Origin: Candidatus Bathyarchaeota archaeon
GTDB taxonomy: Archaea > Thermoproteota > Bathyarchaeia > Bathyarchaeales > Bathycorpusculaceae
DNA: 64,000 nt
Assembly: GCA_963826715.1 (NCBI GenBank)
Contig: CAWGYA010000008.1
Span: forward strand, 96,001 to 160,000
Reading direction: 5' to 3'
Position numbers and translations under genes: made by a program. A model generated the notes under the pieces. The model did no database searches. It was not told the origin of the DNA and was given only the letters and a program-made list of their open reading frames with translations. Positions 1 to 10,818 of the stretch are shown here, piece by piece (the stretch's first letter is position 1; each line of letters opens with the position of its first letter).

Positions 1-233
1 TTCACTAGCACACTACCAGTCTTTATGTAAACCATTTCTTGAATACTTGTAACTTTAATCTCTCGATCTACATGATAATGGGGATTTATCTTTGCTCCAC
101 TTGCATAACTATTCACACCCAGCTGTAATGGATACTCACTTTTTGAAAGAAAATTTAGCCCAGGCTTTTCAAAACTGGCTCTAACAACAATAGCAATAGT
201 TGAATCACCATGGGTTATTTCCTCTAATGACAT
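1..233 (-). CDS. Cupin-like protein of sugar-nucleotide clusters (partial, runs off the window start)
   Basis: Manual translation from ATG at 233, which overlaps the gmd stop (TAATG): MSLEEITHGDSTIAIVVRASFEKPGLNFLSKSEYPLQLGVNSYASGAKINPHYHVDREIKVTSIQEMVYIKTGSVLV; cupin-type PHxH...QE motif. Confidence 0.7.
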   Translation of the reverse strand, partial: MSLEEITHGDSTIAIVVRASFEKPGLNFLSKSEYPLQLGVNSYASGAKINPHYHVDREIKVTSIQEMVYIKTGSVLV

Positions 234-1300
234 TATTCATCCTTCTCATGATACTTTGAAATGATTTTATCCTCACTAGGATAATTAGAAGCATCCCATG
301 GGAAATGCTCACCATTCTGCCAATCTGCCCATCTATCAAGATCTTCTTTAACCATAATCTTAACAAGCTCATCAAACTTAACCTTAGGCTCCCAACCAAG
401 CTTCTTAATTTTTGAGCAATCTCCTCGCAAAAAACCAACATCCAAAGGCCGGAGAAACTTCTTATCTGTCTTAACATATTTCTGCCAATCCAAACCAGCA
501 GCATCATAAGCCCTTTCAACAAATTCTTTAACAGTATGGGACTCACAAGTTGCTACAACATAATCGTCAGGAGTCTTTTGCTGGAGCATCAACCACATAG
601 ATTCAACATACTCTGGAGCATAACCCCAATCCCGTTGCGCATCTAAATTACCTAAGACTAAGTCTTTTGTAATACCTAATGCATTCTTGGCAACAGCATT
701 AGATATTTTTCTAGTAACAAATTCTAACCCCCTAATCGGAGATTCATGATTAAAAAGTATACCGTTGCAGGCAAAAATAAAATATCCCTCACGGTAAATC
801 TTTGTCATCCAATAACCGTATAACTTTGAAACAGCATAAGGACTTGAGGGTCTAAACGGTGAGTTTTCATTTAAAGTTGTTGAATGCCCAGCACCATACA
901 ATTCACTCGTTGAGGCTTGATAAAACTTAATAGCGGGGTTAACTTGGCGGATAGTTTCAAGAATTCGTGATACCCCTAACCCAGTTGTTTGTCCAGTTCC
1001 AACAGGTTGCTCAAAAGAAGCACCAACAAAACTTTGGGCAGCTAAATGGTAAACTTCATCAGGTTTCGAAAACCGAAGGGCATCAAACAAAGACCCCATA
1101 TCAATCAGGTCAGCCGGGATCAAACTAACTTTATCAAAAACATCAAGATACTGCAACCGCCAAAAGTTCGGAGTTGATAGCCTACGATAAATTCCATAAA
1201 CTTGATAACCCTTATTCAAAAGGTACCTTGACAAGTATGCTCCATCTTGCCCTGTTATACCAGTAATCAATGCCGTCTTAGACAATTTCTTACAGCCCAT
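233..1300 (-). CDS. gmd: GDP-mannose 4,6-dehydratase
   Basis: ALITGITGQDGAYL, HLAAQSFV, FYQASTSELYG, SPYAVSK, GILFNHESP, RDWGYA motifs. Confidence 0.97.
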   Translation of the reverse strand: MGCKKLSKTALITGITGQDGAYLSRYLLNKGYQVYGIYRRLSTPNFWRLQYLDVFDKVSLIPADLIDMGSLFDALRFSKPDEVYHLAAQSFVGASFEQPVGTGQTTGLGVSRILETIRQVNPAIKFYQASTSELYGAGHSTTLNENSPFRPSSPYAVSKLYGYWMTKIYREGYFIFACNGILFNHESPIRGLEFVTRKISNAVAKNALGITKDLVLGNLDAQRDWGYAPEYVESMWLMLQQKTPDDYVVATCESHTVKEFVERAYDAAGLDWQKYVKTDKKFLRPLDVGFLRGDCSKIKKLGWEPKVKFDELVKIMVKEDLDRWADWQNGEHFPWDASNYPSEDKIISKYHEKDE

Positions 1301-1383
1301 CCACTTTCAAGAGTTATCTACTTTTCAATCGTGTACCTTAATAAGCTTTAGTGTATAGAGTAAAAAAACCAGAAATAAACAAC

Positions 1384-2114
1384 TTACTTCATCTTTTGAG
1401 CTTTCAACATCAAAAAATGCGTATGCTTCGCATCAACGAACGCAAAGAAATCAGCAACCTGCTTAGGCCAAGGATAATACCCAGAACCTACATACTTCTC
1501 GATTGAAAATTGGTATTTTTCAAAAATATTTCTAAGTGCTTTGTAAGATAAAACGGTATTATGTTTGGTTATCGCTGCTTCGTATGTATTATCGCCAGAG
1601 TAGATCCGAGATGAATGGAGAGGACGATGACCTATTACAAACCTATTACTAACATATGGTCCAGAGTAAGGTTGATTACCAAACAAAAGAGCAACGATGT
1701 TATGCCAAGACGCCAAGTTTTCTGTCGCTAAAATCGCATATCCCCTTGGTTTGAGAACACGATGAATTTCTGACACGAAGTTATCAGTATCAATAATGTG
1801 TTCAATAACTTGATTAGCAAAAACTACATCCACACTGTCGTTTGGAATAGGAAAAGGCTTGTTAAGATCAACTTTATAAACTTTAATTCCTTTGGCCTGG
1901 GCTTCTTTGATGTCAGCATCATTCATTTCAAAGCCATAATTTTTTGGGGCGCTGTATCTTTTGCAAATAGCATTGTACCTGTTCCATCAGAGCAACCTAA
2001 GTCTAAGAAAACACCGTTCTGGCGTGTTTGTTTTAGCATCATATGCAGGATTTGCCAAGATTTATCAACAGTACTGTACCAGAGATAGCTGACATATTTT
2101 GTAAGTAAGCCCAT
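1384..2114 (-). pseudogene. Class I SAM-dependent methyltransferase split by a 1-nt frameshift
   Basis: Motif I LDLGCSDG is in ORF 1923..2114 and the remainder (DVVFANQVIEH, LKPRG) is in ORF 1384..1926; the frames join at CCCCAAAAAATTATGGC (~1933-1949). Confidence 0.8.
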
Positions 2115-2263
2115 TTTTGCCTCAGTCTATTTGTTAAGGTTAAAGCGCGAATATAAATTGATCACATTAGTGCCGAAAAAATTGATTTAGAAAAAAGAAG
2201 CCTAAACAATTAAAGGACCAGCAAGGATTATTCTTACCCCAATATATTAGCGAGCGTTCAAAA

Positions 2264-2935
2264 TTACCTTAAACTTTTTTCTTTCCAAAATATAAAAACC
2301 ACAAATAGCCGTAAGTATCGTCCAATTCCAGTTAATTTATACCCCGATCTTAAATGGGCTTTAATTGAAGAAATATTGTCCACCGTAGAAGAAGCTACGC
2401 AAACGGTTTTACCTTTTCCACGAGCAAAATTGAAAATATTATATGAAACGTACGGATAAATGTGACGACCTCTATATTCAGACGAAGTTTCAACAAATTG
2501 GACATAAGCTTCTCTATTCCAATTGATTGCGATTGGAGCATCAAGGGTACCTGTATCGCGCAAAAGAACGAATGCCTTATGGACTAAAAGACCATTTGCA
2601 AAAACAGCGAATAAAACTTCACCTTGATCCACTTTTCTCTCAAGTTCAAAAATATTAAAAGAACTACCGATTCTAAAACCAATATCAATTAAATCATGAA
2701 GTTCTTTTTTGCTTAAAATTATCTTTAAGGTGTAGTTGTCTTTCAGAGGATTAATTGAATTTATGCATTCTAAATCTTTTCGGAAAATAACAATTTTTTC
2801 ATACATAAAAATTATCGAAATCAATTGGCTAAATAAAGAAACAACACCATCTTTTTTAAGCACTGTACGAGCATTAGCCAAAAGGTTTGATATTCGAATA
2901 TTTGATTCTGTTTCTCGAATTTCCATACTTAACAT
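2264..2935 (-). CDS. GNAT-family acetyltransferase-like protein
   Basis: C-terminal ETSSEYRGRHIY and NISSIKAHLRSGY motifs. Confidence 0.7.
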   Translation of the reverse strand: MLSMEIRETESNIRISNLLANARTVLKKDGVVSLFSQLISIIFMYEKIVIFRKDLECINSINPLKDNYTLKIILSKKELHDLIDIGFRIGSSFNIFELERKVDQGEVLFAVFANGLLVHKAFVLLRDTGTLDAPIAINWNREAYVQFVETSSEYRGRHIYPYVSYNIFNFARGKGKTVCVASSTVDNISSIKAHLRSGYKLTGIGRYLRLFVVFIFWKEKSLR

Positions 2936-2949
2936 TGCTCACATAATCG

Positions 2950-5313
2950 TTAACTAATTTGTTTGAATCGCTCAAAAAAAAGTTCGTTTTTTTCTAATAT
3001 CTTAATATTTTTTTTCCTAAGAAAACGGATTCTCACAAGCTTCAAAGGAACAAGTAATAAGGCAAGTATAATTATTGAAGCTATTGAAATAATTTTTCCG
3101 ACGTCGTAAATTGTTTCTGCAGTGTATCGCATTGATATTTTGAATTGACCTGTTTCGTTGATGTACCAGCTGTTTGCATATCCATTTGCCATGAAATGTT
3201 CTTCAATTGTGTTTTCATTGATGCTGGCTTGCCATTGAGGTTGGTATGATTGAGAGAAAACTAAAAAGAAAGGCGTTTCCGAATTGACATCTATGGTATA
3301 ATAAGTGGGGTCAATCATTTTGTAAGATAATTCAACGGATGAGATTGTATGGTTAGTGACATCAATCTTAGCATAGTTTTCATTTGCAGATATCACATTA
3401 GTCACAAGGTTCAAGATCTGTTGATTTTGCGAGGATAAGGATGAAGAGAAAAACAGAACCGATGAATTTACATCTAAATTGTTCAATACACCTATAATAG
3501 GCAAGGAATCTACGCTTCCGTCAATATAAACTCCATTTTCCGCACTATAGATCATCGGAACGTAGAAATCGTTTTTGTAAAAATCGAGCTGACCAAATGA
3601 TTTAGCAAAATGGATACCAATTTGTTGGGAAAGAAGCATCTGAACTTCGGCGGGAGATTGAACGTTATAAAACGTCCAATCCACATCATTACGCTGCAAT
3701 ATATACTCCACACCTAGTAAACCAAGAATTTTTCCAGCATAAGATGTTTCATTTTTAACAATCGCGCCATAAGCCATGGCAATAGCATCACCAGAATATG
3801 GATAATAGGCTCCAGAACTTGTTTCTTCAAAAATCTGGGGCTTATTAAAAAGAGCCACGTTCACATCCCCTGCCTTCTGACCCCAAGTATAAATTGGGAA
3901 ATACTGTTCAGGCATAAGAAAGATACCACCATCTCCAGGCAAATTATTCACCCAATCCGCAGCATCGTACCAATAAGGAGGGATTTCCTTCACCGTCTGA
4001 TTCTGACTAATAACATTACCAGTTAGAAGAGGCCATGCATTGATAAGAAGAACTGATATAATAAAAACTACAAACACCCCTCTTAACTTATTAAGGTATT
4101 CCCCAAAGGACAGACACCTTGGAAACCTTAATGTAAATGGATGAACGAGATCATTCACTAAAAAGCCAATCAAAGCAGAGAACGCTAAAGCGATGGGCAT
4201 AACAAATTTGTAGTTATCTCTAAAAACACTAAAGAAAGGAATATGCTCATACGCCCACTGGTAAACCTTTCCGAGAGTATATGGATTATCCGGAGGATAC
4301 GATGCAACCGCCATAGGAATACATACAATCAATAAGAAAGCAAAAAAAAGCCGGATTTTATCTTTGGGTTTTATCAAAACTGCAAATAATGCAAACAAAG
4401 GAATTAACAGACTCATCATAATAAGAAAAGGATTCTGAAGAAGAGGCCCAGAGAACGGAAAATATGCCTCACCTCGATATCCAGAATAGAATCCCCAATA
4501 GCCTAATGAACGAAAAACTTCAGTATAACTTGATCCAATGTTCTGCATAGCTAACGATTCAGAGAATATTTTACTCCACCAAGCGGTCGTGGTATAGTCT
4601 ATAAGGGGAAGCGCCCAGTAGAGACTTACAGCAAAGTATGCTAAAAGAAAAATAATATTGAATTTTAAAGCTGACCAAATTTTCTTTCGGTCTACCACAA
4701 CAACAAAGAAAACAAAAAACAAGGCTAAAACAATGAAATTGATTAGCATTAAAGTCGGATTATAAGCGGACATAAGCAAGGTAACAAAAGTCAGAAGCAC
4801 CACATACTTTATGTCAAAACCTTTCTTCAAACTTAGGATATACAATCCGAGCATAGCGGGCAAGGCCATATAAAAAGTCAAGAAGGGATGCAAGCCATCT
4901 AGATTAACTACAACATATAGACTGTACATGTAAGCTAAACCAGATACAACTTTTGACAACCTATGAGCTTTCTGAACGGTGACAGAACATAAGAAATACA
5001 TAGAAACACCCGAACCAAAAATTAGGAAGATAAGCCAAAATTTATCAACTAATAGAAGAGGCAAACCCAACGACTCAAATAATGCAAAAAAGGAGAACAT
5101 TGGGAAGAAACCGCCCATCCCCCACCCAATGTTTCCACCCAAATTAATTTGGCCATTCCAAAGGTAGGATACATCGTGAACAAGACCCGACGGGTTCAGA
5201 TATAATTGTGCGTTACTAAAAATAAGAAGGACATTCAAATAGAACATAAAAGGCAATATAGCAAATACCAATAATACAGCCAAATCTATTGAAAGGCTTC
5301 GTCTATCAGGCAT
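2950..5313 (-). CDS. Multi-pass GT-C-type membrane glycosyltransferase (AftD/DUF3367/YfhO-like)
   Basis: About 12 TM segments, FRDNYKF motif, extracellular IPPYWYDAADW, YILQRND, and C-terminal HFMANGYANSW. Confidence 0.7.
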   Translation of the reverse strand: MPDRRSLSIDLAVLLVFAILPFMFYLNVLLIFSNAQLYLNPSGLVHDVSYLWNGQINLGGNIGWGMGGFFPMFSFFALFESLGLPLLLVDKFWLIFLIFGSGVSMYFLCSVTVQKAHRLSKVVSGLAYMYSLYVVVNLDGLHPFLTFYMALPAMLGLYILSLKKGFDIKYVVLLTFVTLLMSAYNPTLMLINFIVLALFFVFFVVVVDRKKIWSALKFNIIFLLAYFAVSLYWALPLIDYTTTAWWSKIFSESLAMQNIGSSYTEVFRSLGYWGFYSGYRGEAYFPFSGPLLQNPFLIMMSLLIPLFALFAVLIKPKDKIRLFFAFLLIVCIPMAVASYPPDNPYTLGKVYQWAYEHIPFFSVFRDNYKFVMPIALAFSALIGFLVNDLVHPFTLRFPRCLSFGEYLNKLRGVFVVFIISVLLINAWPLLTGNVISQNQTVKEIPPYWYDAADWVNNLPGDGGIFLMPEQYFPIYTWGQKAGDVNVALFNKPQIFEETSSGAYYPYSGDAIAMAYGAIVKNETSYAGKILGLLGVEYILQRNDVDWTFYNVQSPAEVQMLLSQQIGIHFAKSFGQLDFYKNDFYVPMIYSAENGVYIDGSVDSLPIIGVLNNLDVNSSVLFFSSSLSSQNQQILNLVTNVISANENYAKIDVTNHTISSVELSYKMIDPTYYTIDVNSETPFFLVFSQSYQPQWQASINENTIEEHFMANGYANSWYINETGQFKISMRYTAETIYDVGKIISIASIIILALLLVPLKLVRIRFLRKKNIKILEKNELFFERFKQIS

Positions 5314-5384
5314 TGGTGCACAACTATTCCCAAGTTCTGAAATCTATACAGACTAATTTAGATATTAACTCTTTGTAAGAAAAA

Positions 5385-5906
5385 TTAAATATCTAAAATC
5401 AAAACATTATCTCTGAAAGCAACATCAAAACCGAATAAGAGTAGTTCCTTTTGATCTACTTTATCACTAGATTTCATAACAATTCGCAGAGCACCTAAAT
5501 GCTTGACAAATTCACAAACGGAAAAAATGACTTCAGAAAATTTTGGCGAATTCATTGTCGTAAACTCTAGTACAGCGTCTAACTCGAACACACTCTCGCT
5601 TTGGCGTTCAAGAAAAACACCACCAACAACCTGCCCATCACAAAGAACTTCTAGAATAATTGGGCTCCATTGAGACTGTAAAACACTTTTTATTGAACCA
5701 GTCCTAGCCACTGCAGATAGACGGGCATATAAACTATGGACAACATGTATCAGAAGAGCACTTTGGAAAGTTACTTTTGTAGGCCTGAGAGATTGTTCTA
5801 AGGCGATATTTAACCAATTTTGATTGTGACTTAACTTGAAATAATAATTTTGATACAACTGTCGAAGGTTACTAGTTTTTGCTTTTCTAAGAAGGATGCA
5901 ACTCAT
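5385..5906 (-). CDS. Degenerate GNAT-fold protein, paralog of 8173..8697
   Basis: Aligns by eye to 8173..8697 but lacks RGxGxG; start overlaps the upstream GT4 stop. Confidence 0.55.
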   Translation of the reverse strand: MSCILLRKAKTSNLRQLYQNYYFKLSHNQNWLNIALEQSLRPTKVTFQSALLIHVVHSLYARLSAVARTGSIKSVLQSQWSPIILEVLCDGQVVGGVFLERQSESVFELDAVLEFTTMNSPKFSEVIFSVCEFVKHLGALRIVMKSSDKVDQKELLLFGFDVAFRDNVLILDI

Positions 5907-6994
5907 TATTGTTCCACTTTATTCAAATTATCATTTTCACCCAAAAATTTTTCGTATACATTAATTGTTTCTCTCGCCATTCTTTCCCAAGAAAACAACT
6001 TCACCCGCTCAACTGCTTTTTTAGAAACTAAAGCATAATTTTGAGAGTCGGTCAGAGCTTTTACTATTGTCTCAGCAATTTGATGTATGTTGCCGGGCTC
6101 AACTAACCAGCCCCCATCACCTATGTATTCTGGAGCATCAAGCAAATTATCTGCAATTACAGGCAACCCACTAGCCATCGCATCCAATAGCATCAAATGA
6201 AAACCAAGATAGGAAGGGAAAACAAAAACATCCGAACAGTTATAATAATAAGACAACCTCTCCGGCGGAACAAAACCTAAAAATTGAATACGCTCTTTGA
6301 GCCCTAACCTATCAACCATTTTGACGAGTTCTGGAAGCGCCTTCCCACGTCCACCGATTAGAAGGGTAACATCATGGAGTCGTTTAGCAACAAGACCAAA
6401 AGCCTCGACGAGATCACAAACTCCCTTTCCAGGATCAAGAGCACCTATGTAAAGAATTTTTTTGGGATTATGATAATCTACTCTAGGCAATAAACTAAAA
6501 CCAGTGAGATCGGTACCATAATAGATAACACTAATTTTCTTAGGCGGCACTTTTAGCAGTCTAATCAAATCGCGTTTTGTAGATTCTGAACTAGTAATAA
6601 AATAGTCACTTCGCTTTAAAAACCACCAATACCAAGGATTTAGCCAACGTCGTTGCTTTGAATTATACTTATAATACCACTTTTTTTCCGGAAGAGAATT
6701 AGGTATTAAATCATGAACAGTTGAAATAATAGGTCGCTTTCTGGCAAAAAAAGCTATTTTCGTACCTACTGGCGATACTGCATGGTAAATATCCGCATTA
6801 ACTTTGGATAAATTTAGCGCATCGACAGGTACGATAAATTCCTTAAGAACCCATTCAAAATAGCTTTTCCGATCATGACAAAGAGTAATAAATTGTGTCC
6901 CAGTCTTTGGGTGAGAAACAATATTCCAGGCATACACATCCATGCCACTGCCAGATTTCTCCGTCGATTTGAAACACAACAAACACACTTTCAT
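5906..6994 (-). CDS. Glycosyltransferase family 4
   Basis: ILYIGALDPGKG, DVFVFPS, DAMASGLPVI. Confidence 0.92.
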   Translation of the reverse strand: MKVCLLCFKSTEKSGSGMDVYAWNIVSHPKTGTQFITLCHDRKSYFEWVLKEFIVPVDALNLSKVNADIYHAVSPVGTKIAFFARKRPIISTVHDLIPNSLPEKKWYYKYNSKQRRWLNPWYWWFLKRSDYFITSSESTKRDLIRLLKVPPKKISVIYYGTDLTGFSLLPRVDYHNPKKILYIGALDPGKGVCDLVEAFGLVAKRLHDVTLLIGGRGKALPELVKMVDRLGLKERIQFLGFVPPERLSYYYNCSDVFVFPSYLGFHLMLLDAMASGLPVIADNLLDAPEYIGDGGWLVEPGNIHQIAETIVKALTDSQNYALVSKKAVERVKLFSWERMARETINVYEKFLGENDNLNKVEQ

Positions 6995-7049
6995 TGCAAC
7001 CCACCCTAAATTGATACAGTCATTTTTTGCTCACTAAGCTACATTTAAA

Positions 7050-8153
7050 CTATTTCTTTTTAATCGCCCAATTTACTGCCTCCAAAGCCGTCTTCGCCGA
7101 GTCTAATGCAGTTGTTTCTAACGATAATCTAATTGACTCATATGACATTTTTTGCCAATCATGTAATAGAACATCACGAATCTTTTCAGCAACCACTTTG
7201 GGATCATAGGAAGCAACAAAACCAGTAATTCCATCAATTACCAGATCCTTTTGTGACTCAGTTACAACCAATGGCAAACCACATCGCATAGCCTCCAAAC
7301 CAGCTATTGTCCACCCACCTTCGTCAATTGAACAACAAGCGAAAACTGAACTGCTCCTAAGAAGCAAAACTTTCTGTGCCTCACTAACAAAACCAGTAAA
7401 GTGAACATTCGATGTCAACCCACTTTCAACTACGATTCTTCGCAACTCTGCTTCATAATCACCTTTGCCGACAATCAAAAGTTCCACCGGAACATCTTTT
7501 TTCAAAATGGCAACTGCTCGAATAATAATTTCAATACCCTTATATTTTTTTAAGCGACCCACATAAATTATGCGATGAAGAGGTTTTTTAGATTTAGAAG
7601 GAATTTGAGATAGCTGTTCAAATTCACAACCGATACTTGGCTTCACCACAAAAACGTTATCTCTAATGAAACCAGCTCTTGAAAGCTCTTCTTTGCTTGT
7701 ATTTGAGATTGTTATTGTGGTTTTCTTCCTATAAATTCTGGAGATCACGGAATTAAACAATAATCCAACAAGTGAGATCGGGGTTACGCCTAATTCACGC
7801 AAGAGAGCACGAGAATTATTGATTGAATAAATTATTGGAATAACAGGTTGTTTCGCGTACAAACCAACCAAAAAAGGAATAGTGTTGATGCTCTCAAGGA
7901 TCACATCAAAATTTTCTCTCTGCTTTAGATAAAGTAAATAAATAGTCAAATATACTGAAAATTTGCCTCCAACCCGAGTTATTTTAACACCATTAATTTC
8001 TTCCCTATCAATGGCTCCTGAAAATCCGGAAGTATAAAAATAAACTTCATGACCCAATTGAACAAATTCGCAACAAAGACTTTGCAGATACAACTCTGCA
8101 CCACCAGCATGCGGATTTTTAATATCCCGCCAGTTAATCACTAATATTTTCAT
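7050..8153 (-). CDS. Glycosyltransferase family 4
   Basis: MKILVINWRDIKNPHAGGAE (likely start 8153), YVGRLKKYKG, EAMRCGLP. Confidence 0.92.
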   Translation of the reverse strand: MKILVINWRDIKNPHAGGAELYLQSLCCEFVQLGHEVYFYTSGFSGAIDREEINGVKITRVGGKFSVYLTIYLLYLKQRENFDVILESINTIPFLVGLYAKQPVIPIIYSINNSRALLRELGVTPISLVGLLFNSVISRIYRKKTTITISNTSKEELSRAGFIRDNVFVVKPSIGCEFEQLSQIPSKSKKPLHRIIYVGRLKKYKGIEIIIRAVAILKKDVPVELLIVGKGDYEAELRRIVVESGLTSNVHFTGFVSEAQKVLLLRSSSVFACCSIDEGGWTIAGLEAMRCGLPLVVTESQKDLVIDGITGFVASYDPKVVAEKIRDVLLHDWQKMSYESIRLSLETTALDSAKTALEAVNWAIKKK

Positions 8154-8172
8154 GTTATTATGCCTGCACAAA

Positions 8173-8697
8173 CTACTTGATGTTACAAAAAAGTATTTCT
8201 TCGGAAAAAGCTCGTTTGAATCCACATTGGACAAAAAAGCCGGTCACCTGCTTTGCTCCTGAAGCGCGCACTATAAGCCGCTTCGCACCGCTACTCATGG
8301 CTCTTTGTTTAATCAGCTTTATTGTATTAATACCTAAACCTAACCCTCTTTTACTTTTTTCAATCGCTATTATTCCAACTTCAAAAACTTCTGAATTATG
8401 TTTCTTAAGAAAACAAAATCCAATAATTTCTTGTTCATAAACAATTTTTAGCGGAATCATATCTACACTACTATCGAAAAGAACACTTATTCTACCACTT
8501 TGACTTGAGATAAATAGGCGTTCAAGTATCACATGAAATACATGAAGCAAGGTTGTTTGAAATGAAGATAGTTTTCCAATTTTTCTCTCCTCAGAGAGAG
8601 ACACATTTTGCAATGGAGATTGACCAAATGCTTCAAAATAGATATTGTAAATCATAGCTAAATCTTTAGATTTTGCTTCTTCAACTACCAAATTCAA
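8173..8697 (-). CDS. GNAT-family N-acetyltransferase
   Basis: KRGLGLG acetyl-CoA motif, FFVQCGF. Confidence 0.8.
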   Translation of the reverse strand: MNLVVEEAKSKDLAMIYNIYFEAFGQSPLQNVSLSEERKIGKLSSFQTTLLHVFHVILERLFISSQSGRISVLFDSSVDMIPLKIVYEQEIIGFCFLKKHNSEVFEVGIIAIEKSKRGLGLGINTIKLIKQRAMSSGAKRLIVRASGAKQVTGFFVQCGFKRAFSEEILFCNIK

Positions 8698-8703
8698 AGC
8701 CAG

Positions 8704-9561
8704 TCACACCAATTTCTTTTCCACTATAACCTCACAAGCAGTAGGTCCTACTAAGAAACCTACCCCAGCAGAAAAATATCTTACAAATTGGTATATAAAA
8801 AAACCCACTGTAACGTCAGGTTGTTTTAAGAACTTCTTCCAATTTTTGGCAAAGCCAGGTCTTAGCGGGCTCAATTGATTTGAGGCAGTTCCCTGATTCT
8901 TTTTTACAAAGTTAACTAAAGTTTTCCCATAATAGTAGTGCTTTCTTGCTATGTCTTGAAGACTTCTTGGTTCACCCAGATGAAGCTCAACAGCTTCAAT
9001 TCTAGCTATTTTGTAACCTCCTTTAATGATTCTGTTATGCAAATCATAATCCTCACCAGCAACTAATTCCTCATCAAATCCATTAATTGCTTCAAAAACA
9101 TCTCTCCTCAAAAAAGACGCCGCAATATTTAATTGCTCGTCTGCATAGCAATCGCGTTCCAGTTTTCGAACTTTTGACCAAAAGCTTACGTTAGGATCTG
9201 AAAAATTTTGAACACATACTGCATCAAAATACTCGTTTTCACATTTTCTAACAGAATCCTCAACGACGCACTCATCTAAAACAAAGTCTGAATCCACTCG
9301 ATAAATATACTTGCCAGAGGATTTTCTTACTCCAAAATTAATCTGAGCACTTCGCTCAGGTCCTTTTATCAGACACATATCAGCGTATTTTGTTGCAATT
9401 ATTCGAGTATTGTCTGAAGAGCAGTTATCAACAACGATAATTTCAACATTTTTGTAAGACTGAGATTTTATCGATTTAAGACATTTCTCTAAATATTGAC
9501 CTGAATTAAGAGTTGGTATAATTATCGAAACTAGTGGGTCCCTCTTTAAAGATTCATTCAA
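8704..9561 (-). CDS. Glycosyltransferase family 2
   Basis: VSIIIPTLN, VVDNCSSD, VDSD, GFDE, GEDYD. Confidence 0.93.
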   Translation of the reverse strand: MNESLKRDPLVSIIIPTLNSGQYLEKCLKSIKSQSYKNVEIIVVDNCSSDNTRIIATKYADMCLIKGPERSAQINFGVRKSSGKYIYRVDSDFVLDECVVEDSVRKCENEYFDAVCVQNFSDPNVSFWSKVRKLERDCYADEQLNIAASFLRRDVFEAINGFDEELVAGEDYDLHNRIIKGGYKIARIEAVELHLGEPRSLQDIARKHYYYGKTLVNFVKKNQGTASNQLSPLRPGFAKNWKKFLKQPDVTVGFFIYQFVRYFSAGVGFLVGPTACEVIVEKKLV

Positions 9562-9638
9562 CTGCCCATTTTCTCCTCAAAGCAAGATAAAAGTCACCAG
9601 ACACCTTCGAAAACAAAGTCATTGTTTGAAACCCAATT

Positions 9639-10409
9639 TTATTCCCGAAAAACGAATGAAACCATATTTTGAAAGCCATTTTTCTTAGGAAGCTCACGTT
9701 GATACCAATGAAGTATTCTAAGTCTATAAGCAATGCCCAGTAAATCAAGAAACATGTGCCACATTTCTGCTGGCTTGAATTTAGCATCTAACTTGATGTT
9801 GACCGGCATTTCGACAACCTTAAGGTGATAAAGATTAGCCACCGCCAATAACTCAACATCAAAAGCATAACGTTTCACAGCCAAACGCGGAAAAATATCC
9901 GCAAAAGCATCTTTCCTCATCGCTTTGAGTCCAGACTGAGTATCCTTAAGTGGTACTCCAGTAAAAAGACGAACCAGGAGGTTAAAGCATTCACTAGAGA
10001 ACCGCCGAAAAATTGGAACCTCAACTTTAGAACCAGGATGTTTTTTTGAGGCAATAATAATGTCACCATATTTCAATGCATCAAGATATTTTGAAATAGT
10101 TCGCAGATCTATTTCCATGTCGCTATCTGTAAAAACAACAACCTTGCCAGTAGTATTTAGAAAGCCTTTTTTAACTGCATACCCTTTCCCAACGTTATTG
10201 CTATAACTCAAAACTTTAACATGCTGATTTCGCCCAGCATAATTCTGGGCTTTTGATAAAGTTTTATCTTTACTCCCGTCGTCAACAACAATAATTTCAT
10301 ATGGTATTTTCCTGTCAGCAATAACTGAATCTATTATCCCCAAAGTATCTTCTATAAGACTTTCCTCGTTGTAAGCAGGTAGAACAAATGATAATTCTAA
10401 TTGATTCAC
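9639..10409 (-). CDS. GT2 dolichol-phosphate sugar synthase (DPG/DPM-like)
   Basis: PAYNE, VVDDGSKD, GKGYAV, FTDSD, DTQSGLK, FDVELL. Confidence 0.9.
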   Translation of the reverse strand: MNQLELSFVLPAYNEESLIEDTLGIIDSVIADRKIPYEIIVVDDGSKDKTLSKAQNYAGRNQHVKVLSYSNNVGKGYAVKKGFLNTTGKVVVFTDSDMEIDLRTISKYLDALKYGDIIIASKKHPGSKVEVPIFRRFSSECFNLLVRLFTGVPLKDTQSGLKAMRKDAFADIFPRLAVKRYAFDVELLAVANLYHLKVVEMPVNIKLDAKFKPAEMWHMFLDLLGIAYRLRILHWYQRELPKKNGFQNMVSFVFRE

Positions 10410-10708
10410 TAAATAGCCTCTTTATTCCTTTTTCGATTTACAAAAACACAAGCTATTTGCAACAAAACTCCGGCAGCCAAAGCATAATACGCGTAAAGAG
10501 AAAACAGATCAGCCCAATACGATAAACCTATTGCAAAGGAAACAGAAGCAATTAGCAAAAGCATCATAAATACAACGATTAGTGATGACCCCCAGTTCTG
10601 TTTAAAATATTCCCTAATTTTAGCAGGCGTAATATCATATAGGGATTGTGTCATAGGATACGTGTCTCTTTTACTTACAATTGAGTTTAAGGATTTAAAA
10701 ATTACCAT
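10409..10708 (-). CDS. Small 2-TM membrane protein
   Basis: Two hydrophobic helices; stop abuts the GT2 start. Confidence 0.65.
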   Translation of the reverse strand: MVIFKSLNSIVSKRDTYPMTQSLYDITPAKIREYFKQNWGSSLIVVFMMLLLIASVSFAIGLSYWADLFSLYAYYALAAGVLLQIACVFVNRKRNKEAI

Positions 10709-10818
10709 AGCATCAACCTAATACCACTACATTATTAAAATGCACAATAGCTAAAATTTTTACAAACGAAGAATCAGGGAACCAATTTGTTGCAGAGAAT
10801 TGGTCTAACCTCAATAAA

